A DNA stretch of 61,611 nucleotides, filler included, from Anaerolineae bacterium (GCA_029262755.1; 4 parts of 4 records of this genome joined end to end with filler, not necessarily neighbours in it); one strand, 5' to 3'; shown: positions 11,701 through 21,868, numbered from the whole stretch's first letter. Program-made: numbers and translations. Notes: generated by a model not told the origin, from the letters alone.

Positions 11701-12297
11701 CCGGAAGGCTTGATGGAGCCGATCGGCGTTGCGTGGGGACCGGTCGGCGAGGTCTACGTTGCCAGCTCGGCGAACAATCGCGTGACACGCTTCTCCGCGC
11801 CCGACTTTCTAGAGCCGCGCTCTCCGGGCGCGGCCGAAGCGGAAAGCGACACGGACGATGAGGACGCGGATACGGGCGATGACGCGGACGGTGCGGATGC
11901 GCAATCCGGCACCGCTGCCGCCGAAGGGGAGGCCGACGAAGCAACGGTGGATCCGGACGATTCCGCGACGCCGACGGACGGCGCGCCGGACGATGAGTCT
12001 TCGCTTCGCGAGGACGGAGATGGCGCCGAGCCGACCCGTTCCGATGCCGCCGGCTCGGCGGCGTTGGCGCTGGCCGCGTTCCTCGAGGCGCTCGATCCCG
12101 ACATCGCGGAGGCCGTCGAGGCCGCGCTCGCGGCCGGAGAGGACGCTGCGTCCGCAGCCGAAGCGGCGGGGCTGGATGAACGTCGGGCCGAGCGGCTTGC
12201 GCAACTCGTCGCCGCGGTGAGGGACGCGTCCGATCCGGGCGCGTCGGGAGCGCCCGGCGGCGTGGACCCCGGTGGAGCGGCCAGCGCTACGCCCTAA
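8692..12297 (+). CDS. TIGR03663 (Agl23-like) GT-C protein fused to an NHL-repeat beta-propeller and an acidic tail
   Basis: SHDESLH, YRHDPMMHGP, YSRYIRHD, QPWYYY, YSWAGEKMPW; NHL repeats (VYVADTWNHQV, FGPRDVA, FNEPTSLA). Confidence 0.85.
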   Translation: MEMTQQATDMEGGLPARRKALRERITWDWELAAWVVILVLALVTRLWALGDRAMSHDESLHTFYSWKLFMEGEYRHDPMMHGPLLYHFNALSYFLFGVSDFTARLHPVIAGLLLVFSPLLVRKWLGRVGALTTATILLVSPTVMMYSRYIRHDIPVELFTVLMFVGFLRYLDDRGSRWVVLALAAAAGAITSAEMSYINGFVLVTFIVLALLAEALPKGRRPLLAGILAVAGVAVLVIAEFAMGGQLDSPLVAELDLVAGLLIAWAIGLALMSGVGGRPGLWARIKEVPLDGLLAGVAVFAVIYVLMFTTFFTQPDRWNGFVTSIQYWLDQHGVERGSQPWYYYLLFAPMYEYPSVVLLLTAIVYYLRKPFTRFARGNDAPEGEPPSPAAWLYVPMTATWAIGVFWIYSWAGEKMPWLLVHLVVPMAFLGGRLVADVAEGLDVDAWRARGWQVAALVAAALYVIVAGLAGGGAGGEGAATIRLVAGLLVGLALLGGAFMVGRGLPSSTRRVALAAGFGVLLLGLNVRDSVRANFVNDELANEYIVYAHGTPDDKDVYERLLEMQALKGDADALEVGYDNEVSWPFTWYFRNTDWTTTPYYFGEKPGSVSKLKDQDAVLVGSPNYAEFEPWLRDDYVALEYQRMWWPNEGYKGLTLTRLAEVLRDRNQLANLRNILVNRRYALNPKDPDSPEKPLTDWYHQANMKLFIRKDTIEQLWPVAEARPTWLSGLDTTVVEREYPQVELAVEQVFPSAGGEALAQPKAIAVSASGDLWVVDHGNEQLARFDADGTRVELVAEGQLEYEDSGNPGTFWPSAWGVEAGDDGAVYVADTWNHQVVRYVDGRFDAAFGIGGAPPDDPLAMETIDSLFGPRDVALRDDGHLFLTDTGNKRIIELNADLEPVRAIGGHGTAPGEFNEPTSLAFDPISGELYVADLWNLRVQVFDRDLRPVREWPVDGWGSEEAAHKSYLDVYPGGIVAVTDPVGARVWFYDAQGTTLGTLELTSDPEGLMEPIGVAWGPVGEVYVASSANNRVTRFSAPDFLEPRSPGAAEAESDTDDEDADTGDDADGADAQSGTAAAEGEADEATVDPDDSATPTDGAPDDESSLREDGDGAEPTRSDAAGSAALALAAFLEALDPDIAEAVEAALAAGEDAASAAEAAGLDERRAERLAQLVAAVRDASDPGASGAPGGVDPGGAASATP

Positions 12298-12460
12298 TAG
12301 TCCAACCAGCCTGAATCTACGGGTTTGGGAGCCACTGCATCCACGCCAGCGGCCCGCCGCTCGTCGGCAATAGCGATGCTATTCCCTCCTCTCTGCGAAC
12401 CACCGGCGCGGCGCATTGGCTCCCTCACTAGCCGCATCTCCAAGCTGGTTGGACTACTAG
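12294..12460. repeat. ~165-bp nested palindromic element (MITE-like or structured RNA)
   Basis: Terminal inverted repeat TAGTCCAACCAGC (12298-12310) / GCTGGTTGGACTA (12444-12456), flanked by CTAA/CTAG; inner stem GGGAGCCACTGC / GCATTGGCTCCC. Confidence 0.7.
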
Positions 12461-12609
12461 TACCTCCCGCTGCTGCAAGCTTGACGAAGTACGAAGCCGC
12501 CATCGCCGAGCATGAGCACACCGCTAGTGTATAATCGCCGGCCGTGCACCGCGGGCAGCGGTGCCGTCGCCGGATGCCATCGTGCCGCATATGTGAGGAA
12601 CGACCGCGC

Positions 12610-13803
12610 ATGAACCTATACGAATACCAGGCAAAGCAGCTTTTCGGGCTCCACGGAATTCCCATCAAGGAAGGCCGGGTCGCTCGGACGGCGGCCGAAG
12701 CCAGGGACATCGCGTCCTCCTTGGGCGGCCCCGTCGTCGTCAAGGCGCAAGTGCATACAGGCGGGCGCGGCAAGGCGGGGGGCGTCAAGTTGGCCTCCGG
12801 TTCGGACGAAGCGGAGTCCATCGCGGCCAAGATCTTGGGCATGGACATCAAGGGCCACAGGGTGGGGCAGGTGTTGGTGGACCCAGCGGTGGACATCGAC
12901 AGCGAGTTCTACCTGGCGTGCGTGTTGGATCGTGGCGCACGCCGCATCTTGATCATGGCTAGCGGCGAAGGCGGCGTGGACATCGAGCAGGTCGCCGCGG
13001 AGACGCCCGAGCGGATCACGAGCGTACACGTCGATCCCGGCCTCGGACTGCAAAGCTATCAGGCCCGCCGTTTGGCCTACGGCGTCCTGCACGCACTGCC
13101 GGATGCCCGTCGCCCGGCCTTCGCTGCCGTATTGCGCGACTTCCAGCACGTGGTTGCGCAACTGTACGAAACGTGTGTGGAGGAGGATGCCACGCTCGCG
13201 GAGATCAACCCGCTTGTCATCACGACCGACGGTCAGATGTTGGCCCTCGACGGCAAGGTGACCATCGACGACAGCGCGCTGTTTCGGCAGCAAGAATTGG
13301 CAAGCTTGCGCGACGCGGGCGTGGAAACCGGGGCCGAGCGACAAGCGCGCGAGGCGGGGCTGAGCTACGTCGACCTCGATGGCAGCATCGGGTGTCTGGT
13401 CAACGGTGCGGGCCTGGCGATGGCGACGATGGACGTCATCAAGTTCTTCGGCGGCGAGCCGGCCAACTTTCTGGATATCGGCGGCGGAGCCCAGGCGGAC
13501 AAAGTGGCCGAGGCGCTGCGGATTATCCTGGCGGACGCACGCGTGAACTCCGTGCTGATCAACATCTTCGGCGGCATCACCCGCGGCGACGAGGTCGCGC
13601 GCGGCATCCTCGCCGCGCTCGAACAGCTGGATACCGACGTGCCGTTCGTGGTGCGCATCGAGGGCACGAACGCCGAAGAGGGAAGGGCGATCTTGGCCGA
13701 TGCGGCCATGAATACGGCAACGACGCTCGCCGAAGGAGCACAGCTGGCGATTCGCCTGGCTGACGAACGCAAGCAGGGTCAGAGCCAGGAGGTGGTCGCA
13801 TGA
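12610..13803 (+). CDS. sucC: Succinyl-CoA synthetase beta subunit
   Basis: MNLYEYQAK start, [47 protein letters not shown]. Confidence 0.97.
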   Translation: MNLYEYQAKQLFGLHGIPIKEGRVARTAAEARDIASSLGGPVVVKAQVHTGGRGKAGGVKLASGSDEAESIAAKILGMDIKGHRVGQVLVDPAVDIDSEFYLACVLDRGARRILIMASGEGGVDIEQVAAETPERITSVHVDPGLGLQSYQARRLAYGVLHALPDARRPAFAAVLRDFQHVVAQLYETCVEEDATLAEINPLVITTDGQMLALDGKVTIDDSALFRQQELASLRDAGVETGAERQAREAGLSYVDLDGSIGCLVNGAGLAMATMDVIKFFGGEPANFLDIGGGAQADKVAEALRIILADARVNSVLINIFGGITRGDEVARGILAALEQLDTDVPFVVRIEGTNAEEGRAILADAAMNTATTLAEGAQLAIRLADERKQGQSQEVVA

Positions 13804-14675
13804 GCATCTATGTCGACGGCACCACGCGCCTGCTCGTACAGGGCATCACGGGCCGCGAAGGGACCTTCCACACCGGCCACATGGTCGAGTATGGGACGAA
13901 CGTGGTGGCCGGAGTCACGCCGGGCAAGGGTGGACAACGTGTGCACGGAGTGCCGGTGTACGACACGGTTGCCGAAGCCGTGGCCGAAACGGACGCCAAC
14001 TGCAGTTTGATCTACGTCCCGGCTCGCTTCTGCGCCGACGCCGTGCTCGAGTCGGCCGACGCCGGCATCCCGCTCGTGATCACCATCACCGAGCAGGTGC
14101 CCGTGCATGACATGATCCGGGTTACCACGGCCTTGCAGGCTCGCGGCACGACGATGATCGGGCCGAACTGCCCGGGATTGATCAGTCCCGGCAGCGCCAA
14201 GGTCGGCATTATCCCGGGCTCGATCTGCACGCCGGGTCCCGTCGGGCTTGTCAGCCGCAGCGGTACGCTGACCTACGAGGTGCTGTTCGCGCTTACCACA
14301 CGCGGCATCGGGCAGACGACGGCCGTGGGGATCGGCGGTGACCCCGTCCAGGGTACCAAGTTCATCGATGTGCTCGCCGCGTTCGAGGCCGATCCGGCCA
14401 CGAAGGCGATCGTCATGATCGGCGAGATCGGCGGCAGCGACGAAGAAGCCGCGGCCGCGTACGTCGCCGAGCACGTAGGCAAGCCCGTCATCGGCTTCGT
14501 CGCCGGCCAGACGGCGCCGGCCGGCAAGCAGATGGGCCACGCGGGAGCGATCATCTCCGGTGGCAGCGGTACGGCCGCGGGCAAGATTGCGGCGTTCGAG
14601 AATGCGGGGATTTCCGTAGCGCGCCATCCGGACGAGATCGCGGAGTTGGTCGCCGAACGACTCGGCGCCGGCTGA
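13800..14675 (+). CDS. sucD: Succinyl-CoA synthetase alpha subunit
   Basis: [45 protein letters not shown] overlap with sucC. Confidence 0.97.
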   Translation: MSIYVDGTTRLLVQGITGREGTFHTGHMVEYGTNVVAGVTPGKGGQRVHGVPVYDTVAEAVAETDANCSLIYVPARFCADAVLESADAGIPLVITITEQVPVHDMIRVTTALQARGTTMIGPNCPGLISPGSAKVGIIPGSICTPGPVGLVSRSGTLTYEVLFALTTRGIGQTTAVGIGGDPVQGTKFIDVLAAFEADPATKAIVMIGEIGGSDEEAAAAYVAEHVGKPVIGFVAGQTAPAGKQMGHAGAIISGGSGTAAGKIAAFENAGISVARHPDEIAELVAERLGAG

Positions 14676-14709
14676 TCGGGCGCGCCTGCAAGCGCAGGCG
14701 CAACGCGAC

Positions 14710-16185
14710 ATGGCGGCCTTCGACCCGCTTCCGTTTGTACAGGCACGGTTCGCCGAACGCGGCGAGGACGTGTGGTTGGTCGGTGGTCGGGTGCGCGACG
14801 GCTTGCTCGGTCGTCCGACGGTAGATACGGATGTCGTCGTGCGCGCCGGGGCGCTCGACCACGCGCGGGCGCTCGCGGCCCGACACGGTGCGGCCTTCGT
14901 GCCGCTCGACGCGCGCCGCGGCATCGCGCGCGTCGTGTGGGCGCCGGAGCGGCCCGGACTTCCGCCTCGCGCGGTTCTTGACATAAGCGACGCCGTCCAC
15001 GGCCGGCTCCACGACGACTTGCGCGCACGCGACTTCACGGTCAACGCGCTGGCGATCCCCCTGGCTGCCCTCACGCGTACCGAGGGACCCCGTGGACCGC
15101 GCATCCGCCCGGCGGACGTTGTCGATGTCACGGGTGGGCGCGCCGATCTTGTCGCCCGTCGATTGCGCATGGTTAGCGCCGGGGCATTCGTTGCCGACCC
15201 GTTGCGCATGCTTCGCGGCGTACGTCTCGCAGCACAACTCGGCTTCGACATCGAGCAGGGAACGGCTGCGGCGATCAGCCAGAACGCAGCCGCGTTGGCG
15301 ATGCCGGCTGCCGAACGGCGACGCGACGAGCTGATGCGTCTGCTCGTGCAGGATCCTCCAGAATGGCACGTGGAGCGCTTGAGCGAGCTTTCGTTGTTGC
15401 CCGCGGTGCTGCCGGTTCTTGCCGGCGCCGCCACGCGACCCGCCCGCGCCGGTGGCGGCTCGGCGTTGGCATGGTCGATGCGCGTGCTGGACGCGATCGC
15501 GCGTATGGAGGCCACCTTGGCCGATTCCAGCGTGCCGCCCCCCAGCGCCGCGTTGCAGCTGGTCACGGGCCGCCATCGCGGTGCGTTGACCCGGTTCTTG
15601 GCGGGCGGCCTGTCCGGTGGGTACCCTCGCTCCAGCTGGCTCCGGCTTGCCGCGTTGTTGGCAGAGAACGGGGAGTCCTCGACCGATCACCACGCCGCGC
15701 ATGCGCTCTGCATGTCCTCCGATGCGGCGAGCTTACGCCTCGGTCATAGCGAGAGCCAAGAGATTTCGGTTGCGCTCGGCCACGCCCATCAACTCGTGCG
15801 GTGGGCTACGAGCACCGGACCCGACCGGCGCCAGCTCCACCGCTACTTTCGATCCGCAGGCGAGGCAGGCGTTTCCGCCGTGTTGTTGGGATTGGCCTTC
15901 GACGCCGCGGATCATCCGGCGTCCCAAGCCACCGCGATCGCCGCCCAACTCGCCGTCGTTGCCGACCGGGTGCTGGACGCCTGGTTTGAGCGACACGCGC
16001 AGATCGTCTCCCCGCCGCTGTTGCTCGACGGACGGACCATCATGGCTCGCTTCGAGCTCGCGCCCGGCCCACGGATCGGAGCGCTCATCCGCGATTTGCG
16101 CGAGGCCCAGGCCTCCGGCGAGATCCGCGATTCGGAGCAGGCGTATCAATGGGTGCTCGAGGCGGTCCGGATCGGCGGATCGTGA
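14710..16185 (+). CDS. Class II tRNA nucleotidyltransferase / poly(A) polymerase family protein, probably CC-adding type
   Basis: GGRVRD..DTD, RARDFTVNAL, DPLRMLR, ERRRDEL, C-terminal PLLLDGRTIM..PGPRIG. Confidence 0.85.
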   Translation: MAAFDPLPFVQARFAERGEDVWLVGGRVRDGLLGRPTVDTDVVVRAGALDHARALAARHGAAFVPLDARRGIARVVWAPERPGLPPRAVLDISDAVHGRLHDDLRARDFTVNALAIPLAALTRTEGPRGPRIRPADVVDVTGGRADLVARRLRMVSAGAFVADPLRMLRGVRLAAQLGFDIEQGTAAAISQNAAALAMPAAERRRDELMRLLVQDPPEWHVERLSELSLLPAVLPVLAGAATRPARAGGGSALAWSMRVLDAIARMEATLADSSVPPPSAALQLVTGRHRGALTRFLAGGLSGGYPRSSWLRLAALLAENGESSTDHHAAHALCMSSDAASLRLGHSESQEISVALGHAHQLVRWATSTGPDRRQLHRYFRSAGEAGVSAVLLGLAFDAADHPASQATAIAAQLAVVADRVLDAWFERHAQIVSPPLLLDGRTIMARFELAPGPRIGALIRDLREAQASGEIRDSEQAYQWVLEAVRIGGS

Positions 16186-16210
16186 CGCGACGCCGGGCTT
16201 CCGGCGCCGC

Positions 16211-17209
16211 GTGAGTGCTTGGATCGGACCGCTCGCCGGGTTGACCACGGCCGGGCTTTGGTCTACGACCGCACTGCTGTTCGAGTCCGCGGGCCGGCGC
16301 GTTGGGTCCCGGGTGGTCAACCGAAGCCGGCTGCTCTTCGCCCTCGTGCTCTTGGCTGTCGTTCACGCCTTGGTCTATGGCTCGGTACTGCCACTCCACG
16401 AGGGTAGGCAACGTTGGGCGTGGCTGGCGGCGTCGGCCGTGCTGGGCCTCGTCATTGGCGATGGCGCGCTCTTCGAGAGCTACCTGCACATCGGACCGCG
16501 CCGTGCGATGTTGGTGATGAGCACGGCGCCGATTTGGGGAGCGCTCGCCGCATGGCCGATGTTCGGGGAAACCTTCGCGATCCCGGAATTGATCGGGGTG
16601 GGCCTCACGCTCAGCGGTGTCGCCTGGGTCCTGACGGAGCGCTCGGCCGGCCGTGATGCTGCGCCGGCGACACCGCATTCCGCTGCGGCGCCAACAGCGC
16701 GCGCGACGCCAACCGAGCGTGCGGCGCCAACAGCGCGTGCGGCGCCCAGTGAGCCGGCGGGGCCACCCCGCGTCGCGTACGGCATCGCGCTGGCTTTGAT
16801 CGGCGCATGGGGCCAGGCGATGAATCTGGTCACCGCCAAGATGGCACTCGTCGACGGCTTCCCCGCGTTCTCCGCCACGGTGATGCGCATGGCTGTCGCG
16901 GTCACCGTGTTGTGGGGGTGGGCGATCCTGCGGGGCAACGCCGGTCGAATCGTCCAGGCGTGGCGCGACGGGCCGGCCCTGCGCGCCATTGCCCTCGGCA
17001 GCATCGTCGGCCCCGTACTGGGAGTCTGGCTCTCCCTGGTCGCGGTCCAGACCTCGCGGATCGGGGTGGCGGCGACGCTAATGGCCTTGCCACCCGTGCT
17101 GCTGATCCCCATGGAATGGGCGATTCACGGGCGTCGCGCCAGCCGACGGGCCGTCGCCGGTACCGTGGTTGCCTTCGTCGGCGTGGCGATCCTGCTCGGC
17201 TCGCGTTGA
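16211..17209 (+). CDS. DMT/EamA family transporter
   Basis: About 10 TM segments in two EamA repeats (GLVIGDGALF..IGPRRAML..GE); GTG start at 16211 inferred. Confidence 0.85.
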   Translation: MSAWIGPLAGLTTAGLWSTTALLFESAGRRVGSRVVNRSRLLFALVLLAVVHALVYGSVLPLHEGRQRWAWLAASAVLGLVIGDGALFESYLHIGPRRAMLVMSTAPIWGALAAWPMFGETFAIPELIGVGLTLSGVAWVLTERSAGRDAAPATPHSAAAPTARATPTERAAPTARAAPSEPAGPPRVAYGIALALIGAWGQAMNLVTAKMALVDGFPAFSATVMRMAVAVTVLWGWAILRGNAGRIVQAWRDGPALRAIALGSIVGPVLGVWLSLVAVQTSRIGVAATLMALPPVLLIPMEWAIHGRRASRRAVAGTVVAFVGVAILLGSR

Positions 17210-17233
17210 ACGAACACGATCGTTCCCAGAGGC

Positions 17234-19519
17234 CTACGGCGTGACCACGCTGTAGAAGCTGCGATCCTCCGGCTCGACGGGGTGACGGGTGACCAGCGCG
17301 TCGGGGTAGATCGCGCGCAGCCCTTCCAGGAACCGCTCGGCCTCTTCGCCGCCTACGAAGAAGAGCTTGCGCGTACCATTCTCCGCGAGCGCCGCAGCAT
17401 CGACGCGCACCGCGTCATACCAATCGGGATCGCGGCCGCCGATCAGGCCGTTCCAATAGGGGTCGCCCGCAAGAACGCCGAGAGCTCTGTAGTCCCAGCC
17501 GTTCGGCCAGCCGATCATGTACACGTTTTCGATTCGGCCGCCGAGCACCTCGAAGGCTTGGATCACGGCGGCGGCATTGTCGGTTGGATGCGTCGAACCC
17601 GCATAGCTCTCGGCGTATTGGTTGAAGTAGCGATCATAGGTGTTCGTCGCCATCCACGCGCTGAGCCCGAGCGCCAGCACCAAGGCTACGCCGACACCCG
17701 CAAGTCCCAGGGTTTCGCGCAGCCGGCGCACGATGATGGGGGCCGGCAGCGCCGCGATCACGGCCGTGATCGGCAGCGCGCCACTTGCGCGTGCCAGGTG
17801 CGGCACTTCGTTGGGAAACGCGAGCGCCAACATCGACGGCGCCAGCATGATCGGCCAGGCGGCCAGGGTGGCCGCAATGCGAGGATCGCGGCGACCGACC
17901 CACAGGATCGCCGTGACGAGCCCCAGTACGAAGAGCGCGGCGCCGACCGGTTCGAGCGCCGTTCGGTTTGGTGGGCTGATCAGGAACGCGCTGTCGGTCG
18001 TCCAGTTCACCATGCGCACGGCGTTCCACGCGTTCTGCGCGAACTGGGTGAGCGGCTCTGTGATCGCAGCTTCGGCGCTGGTCGTACGAGACACGACGCG
18101 CGACCAGAACACGTCGGGATGATCCCACGCGAAGCGCATCATCGGGGCGATGAGCAGTAATCCCAAGCCTGCCGCGGCCGTGACGTGACCGGCGACGATT
18201 GGAACCGAAGCGAAGGCCGCCCGCGCCGGCTGGGCCGATTCTTCCGATTCCGCTGTCGTTTCCGCAAACGCGTGCGACGACGTCATTCCGCCTTCGGTCT
18301 CGGAATCGCTTGCCGCCATGCTGCGGATCGGATCGGTCGCCGAGTGCCGCGTTCGCTTACGTTGCAGCCAGGCGGCGATCCACCACGTGCCCGCAAACAC
18401 CGGTAGCAGTAGTCCCACCGCGCGGAAGGAGGTGTAGCCGTGCAAGCCGAGCGCCGTAACGGCTGCGGCCAGAAGCCAATCGCCCCGGCGGCCACGCACC
18501 AAGGCGCGCGAGAGCGCCCACAGGCACAGCGCCGTGAACACGCTGCCCAGCTCGTAGCGGAGGGCCACGCGGGTGATCTGTACATCCCACGGGGCAAGCG
18601 CCATCACCCACGCGGCGCACACGCCGACCAGCTCGCCGCCGATCCGGCGTGCGAAACGCCACGTAGCCGCGACCCCAACCAGGCTTAGCGTTGCCATGGC
18701 CGTCTTCAAGGTGAGAAAGGCGACCGGCATTCCCAGTACCCATGAGAACAGGGCGGTCCAATAAAACTGGAAGGGCTCCCTGCCCGTGTTGCGCGGGAAG
18801 TAGCTCCGATATTGCCCGTTGTTCACCAGGTCATGCAGGTCCATCAGCTTTTCGACGTGATCGCTTGTCATCTGGCCGGGCAGATCCGCGAGCCCGTGGA
18901 ATCGGAACCAGGCGGCGGCGCCGATGGCTGCGAATCCAGCAAGCCACCACCCCCCCCGTGCACGCGCGGCCGCCAGCCGTTCCGCAAGCCACGTAGCGAA
19001 AGAAGGTAGGCGCGGTACTCCCAGTACAGCGCTGAGATAGGCCGCGATCCCCGCCAGCCACAGCAGGACTCCCGCCGGAGCGTAGGCATTCTCCGGATTC
19101 TCGTGGCCCGCGACGTAGGAGATGATGGCGAGCCCGCCTCCGTCCCTGCCCACGATCCACGGCCAAAGAACGGTGGTAAACGCGACGAGCCCCAAGCCCA
19201 CGGCGAGCCGGACACGCGCCCGCTTGTCCGGGACGATGCGCGGGCCGGGGCGCGGCTCAAGGCCCCGCTCGCGGCCGCCGAAAACATCGCCCAGGGAGGG
19301 CTGCGCGTGAACGGCGAACAGCCATGCCGCGATCGCCATCAGGTAGAGGATCGGCCCGTCCCAGGGTGCGTCGGGGCCGTGTTCGATCAGGGATTGGGCG
19401 ATGAGGGCGAGCGCAAGGGCGCCCGCGGTGGCGAGCGTAACGAGGATCGTGCGTCGCTCGAACGGCGGAGGCCGCAGCGCACGAAGCGCTACTCGGGCGC
19501 GCTCAATCCGCGAGATCAC
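17234..19519 (-). CDS. Glycosyltransferase family 39 (ArnT/PMT-like) membrane protein
   Basis: RFHGLADLPGQMTSDHVEK, YFPRNTGREPFQFY, GLHGYTSFR; multiple TM segments. Confidence 0.8.
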   Translation of the reverse strand: MISRIERARVALRALRPPPFERRTILVTLATAGALALALIAQSLIEHGPDAPWDGPILYLMAIAAWLFAVHAQPSLGDVFGGRERGLEPRPGPRIVPDKRARVRLAVGLGLVAFTTVLWPWIVGRDGGGLAIISYVAGHENPENAYAPAGVLLWLAGIAAYLSAVLGVPRLPSFATWLAERLAAARARGGWWLAGFAAIGAAAWFRFHGLADLPGQMTSDHVEKLMDLHDLVNNGQYRSYFPRNTGREPFQFYWTALFSWVLGMPVAFLTLKTAMATLSLVGVAATWRFARRIGGELVGVCAAWVMALAPWDVQITRVALRYELGSVFTALCLWALSRALVRGRRGDWLLAAAVTALGLHGYTSFRAVGLLLPVFAGTWWIAAWLQRKRTRHSATDPIRSMAASDSETEGGMTSSHAFAETTAESEESAQPARAAFASVPIVAGHVTAAAGLGLLLIAPMMRFAWDHPDVFWSRVVSRTTSAEAAITEPLTQFAQNAWNAVRMVNWTTDSAFLISPPNRTALEPVGAALFVLGLVTAILWVGRRDPRIAATLAAWPIMLAPSMLALAFPNEVPHLARASGALPITAVIAALPAPIIVRRLRETLGLAGVGVALVLALGLSAWMATNTYDRYFNQYAESYAGSTHPTDNAAAVIQAFEVLGGRIENVYMIGWPNGWDYRALGVLAGDPYWNGLIGGRDPDWYDAVRVDAAALAENGTRKLFFVGGEEAERFLEGLRAIYPDALVTRHPVEPEDRSFYSVVTP

Positions 19520-20352
19520 GCCGCGAGCGCCCGGCGACGAGCGACGACAACAAGCGTCGTGCCCTTGCGCAACCGGCGCAGGACGTGGTCCACGCGAAGC
19601 AGCGCCGGCATGAACGCTACGTAGGCGCGATAGGCCGGGCTCGAGCCGAAGGCGTCAAAGGAGTGCTCGCCGCCGCGGAGGGCAAGGAGCCGGTCGTAGC
19701 TGCGCATCACGAGCCGTTGGAAGGGGAAGCCCTCCGTACCGAGTTCGAGCACGTCGAGGTCGGCATCGGCGAGGAGTCCCGCCAGCTGCGCCGCGGTGAA
19801 TCGGGTGACATGTCCCGCATAGTCGTCCATCGCCGTCCAGAGCGCGGGATCGTGGGGCGTCGTCAGGATCAGCAGGCCGCCGGGACGCAGGACGTCACGG
19901 CAGTAGCGGATTACGGACTCCGGCTGTTGGACGTGCTCGATAACCTCCGAGCACACGGCTACATCGAAGTGACCGGTCCACGCGGGGGGAGGCTGCGCGG
20001 TCGCGTCCCCGACCTCGAAGTGGGCTTGGGCATGAGCGGCGTCCGCGCCGTCGGCTACCCCTGTGGCTGCTCCACCGGCCTCCTGTGCGGCCTGCACGGC
20101 GGACGCGCGCGCCAACTCGACGACACGCTCTTCCGGATCGACACCGACCACGTCGTAGCCGGCCGCGGTCAGCGCCCAGGACGTGCGCCCGACGCCGCAA
20201 CCGACGTCGATCAAGCGGGCCGCGCGCCCGGCGACTTTCGGCGGCCGGTGCCGCTTCACCAGCGCGACGATCGTGCGGGTCAGGTGCTTGAGCAGAGGAT
20301 CGCGTTGCTGGCTGGCCAACAGCGCGTCCGTGCGCGCGTCATAGATCCGCAT
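19516..20352 (-). CDS. Class I SAM-dependent methyltransferase
   Basis: LIDVGCGVG, FDVAVCSEVIEHV, LRPGGLLILTTP. Confidence 0.9.
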   Translation of the reverse strand: MRIYDARTDALLASQQRDPLLKHLTRTIVALVKRHRPPKVAGRAARLIDVGCGVGRTSWALTAAGYDVVGVDPEERVVELARASAVQAAQEAGGAATGVADGADAAHAQAHFEVGDATAQPPPAWTGHFDVAVCSEVIEHVQQPESVIRYCRDVLRPGGLLILTTPHDPALWTAMDDYAGHVTRFTAAQLAGLLADADLDVLELGTEGFPFQRLVMRSYDRLLALRGGEHSFDAFGSSPAYRAYVAFMPALLRVDHVLRRLRKGTTLVVVARRRALAA

Positions 20353-20355
20353 CGC

Positions 20356-20991
20356 TCAGGCCACCGCCCGGACACGCGAACGGCCGCACGATGCGACCCA
20401 GGCCGCATGCATTCGGTCGTCGCCGCCAATCTCGGGGTGGAAGGAAGTAACGAGCATCGCGTCCTGGCGCGCGGCCACGATTTTTCCATCGGGCAGTGTT
20501 GCAAGGACCTTCACGTGTGGTCCGACTGTACGGATTGCTGGCGCTCGTATGAACACGGCGCGTAGCGGGCCACCTTCGAGCCCTTCCACGTCGAGATCAC
20601 GCTCGCTCGAAAAGACTTGTGGTCCGAAGGCGTTGCGGTCGACGTGTATGTCCATGGCCCCAATCAGCGCTTGGTCATGGCCCGCATCCCGCGCAAGGAA
20701 GATCAATCCCGCGCAGGTTCCCCAAACCGGGCGCCCCTGCGCAACATAGGCGCGCAACGGTTCCAGCAGTCCGTGGAGGCGGGCGAGCAAGCCGATCGTG
20801 GTGGACTCACCTCCGGGCAGGATTAGACCGTCCAATCCGTCGAGGTCGGCAGCCAAGCGGACCCGCAGCGGCTCGGCGCCCACGCGGCGCAGGGCGGCTT
20901 CGTGCTCCGCGACGTCGCCCTGCAACGCGAGCACACCGATGCGGGGCCCAGGAGTTCGAGGCCGAGCCGCGCCGGCGGCGCTACCAGCCAC
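20356..20991 (-). CDS. pdxT: PLP synthase glutaminase subunit
   Basis: [40 protein letters not shown] start inferred near the pdxS stop. Confidence 0.95.
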   Translation of the reverse strand: MAGSAAGAARPRTPGPRIGVLALQGDVAEHEAALRRVGAEPLRVRLAADLDGLDGLILPGGESTTIGLLARLHGLLEPLRAYVAQGRPVWGTCAGLIFLARDAGHDQALIGAMDIHVDRNAFGPQVFSSERDLDVEGLEGGPLRAVFIRAPAIRTVGPHVKVLATLPDGKIVAARQDAMLVTSFHPEIGGDDRMHAAWVASCGRSRVRAVA

Positions 20992-21868
20992 GACCGGCCA
21001 GCCGCTCGGACTCCGGCATGGCGGAGGCCGATTGACCACGCATGGGTTCGCCCATGCCGCGGCTTGCCTCCACAACCGACGCGGGATCGTCATAACGCGC
21101 CGTGGCTAGAACAATGGCGCGGGCCGCCGCCTCCGGGGTCGCGCTCTTGAAGATTCCACTACCGACGAAGACACCGTCGACGCCGAGTTGCATCATCAAG
21201 GCTGCATCCGCGGGCGTCGCGATGCCGCCCGCGGCGAAGTTGACCACCGGCAGCGCGCCCTCCCGTGCGACTGCGCGCACGAGCTCCACGGGCGCACCGT
21301 GAACTTTCGCCGTGGCAACGAGCTCTTCGTCGCCGAGGACCGTCAGGCGCCGAATCTCGCCAAGCACGCTGCGCGCATGGCGCACCGCTTCGACAATATC
21401 TCCGGTGCCGGCTTCGCCCTTGGTGCGGATCATGGCCGCACCTTCCGCTATCCGGCGTAGCGCTTCGCCCAGATTGCGACAGCCGCAGACGAACGGCACG
21501 GTGAAGCCTCGCTTGTCGATATGATGTTCCTCGTCCGCCGGGGTGAGGACCTCGCTTTCATCGATGTAGTCCACGCCGAGCGCCTCGAGCATCTGCGCCT
21601 CGACGAAGTGTCCGATACGCGCCTTGGCCATCACGGGAATCGTCACCGCGGCCTGGATCTCTTCGATCTTCTCGACCGGCGACATACGGGCGACGCCGCC
21701 TTCGGCGCGAATGTCGGCCGGTACGCGCTCGAGCGCCATGACGGCGACGGCGCCCGCCTGCTCGGCGATCTTCGCCTGGTCGGCCGTTGTCACGTCCATG
21801 ATCACGCCGCCCTTGAGCATGCGTGCCATGCCGGTCTTGACCGTAGCGGTGCCTTGTTCGTGCACCAT
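20981..21868 (-). CDS. pdxS: PLP synthase lyase subunit
   Basis: [51 protein letters not shown], terminal RGW. Confidence 0.97.
   Translation of the reverse strand: MVHEQGTATVKTGMARMLKGGVIMDVTTADQAKIAEQAGAVAVMALERVPADIRAEGGVARMSPVEKIEEIQAAVTIPVMAKARIGHFVEAQMLEALGVDYIDESEVLTPADEEHHIDKRGFTVPFVCGCRNLGEALRRIAEGAAMIRTKGEAGTGDIVEAVRHARSVLGEIRRLTVLGDEELVATAKVHGAPVELVRAVAREGALPVVNFAAGGIATPADAALMMQLGVDGVFVGSGIFKSATPEAAARAIVLATARYDDPASVVEASRGMGEPMRGQSASAMPESERLAGRGW

Noticed and set aside
13779..15702. Long antisense or alternate-frame ORFs (e.g. 13779-15566, 49300-51309, 508-1776)
   Set aside because: Shadow ORFs of high-GC coding DNA overlapping well-supported genes, with no recognisable motifs.
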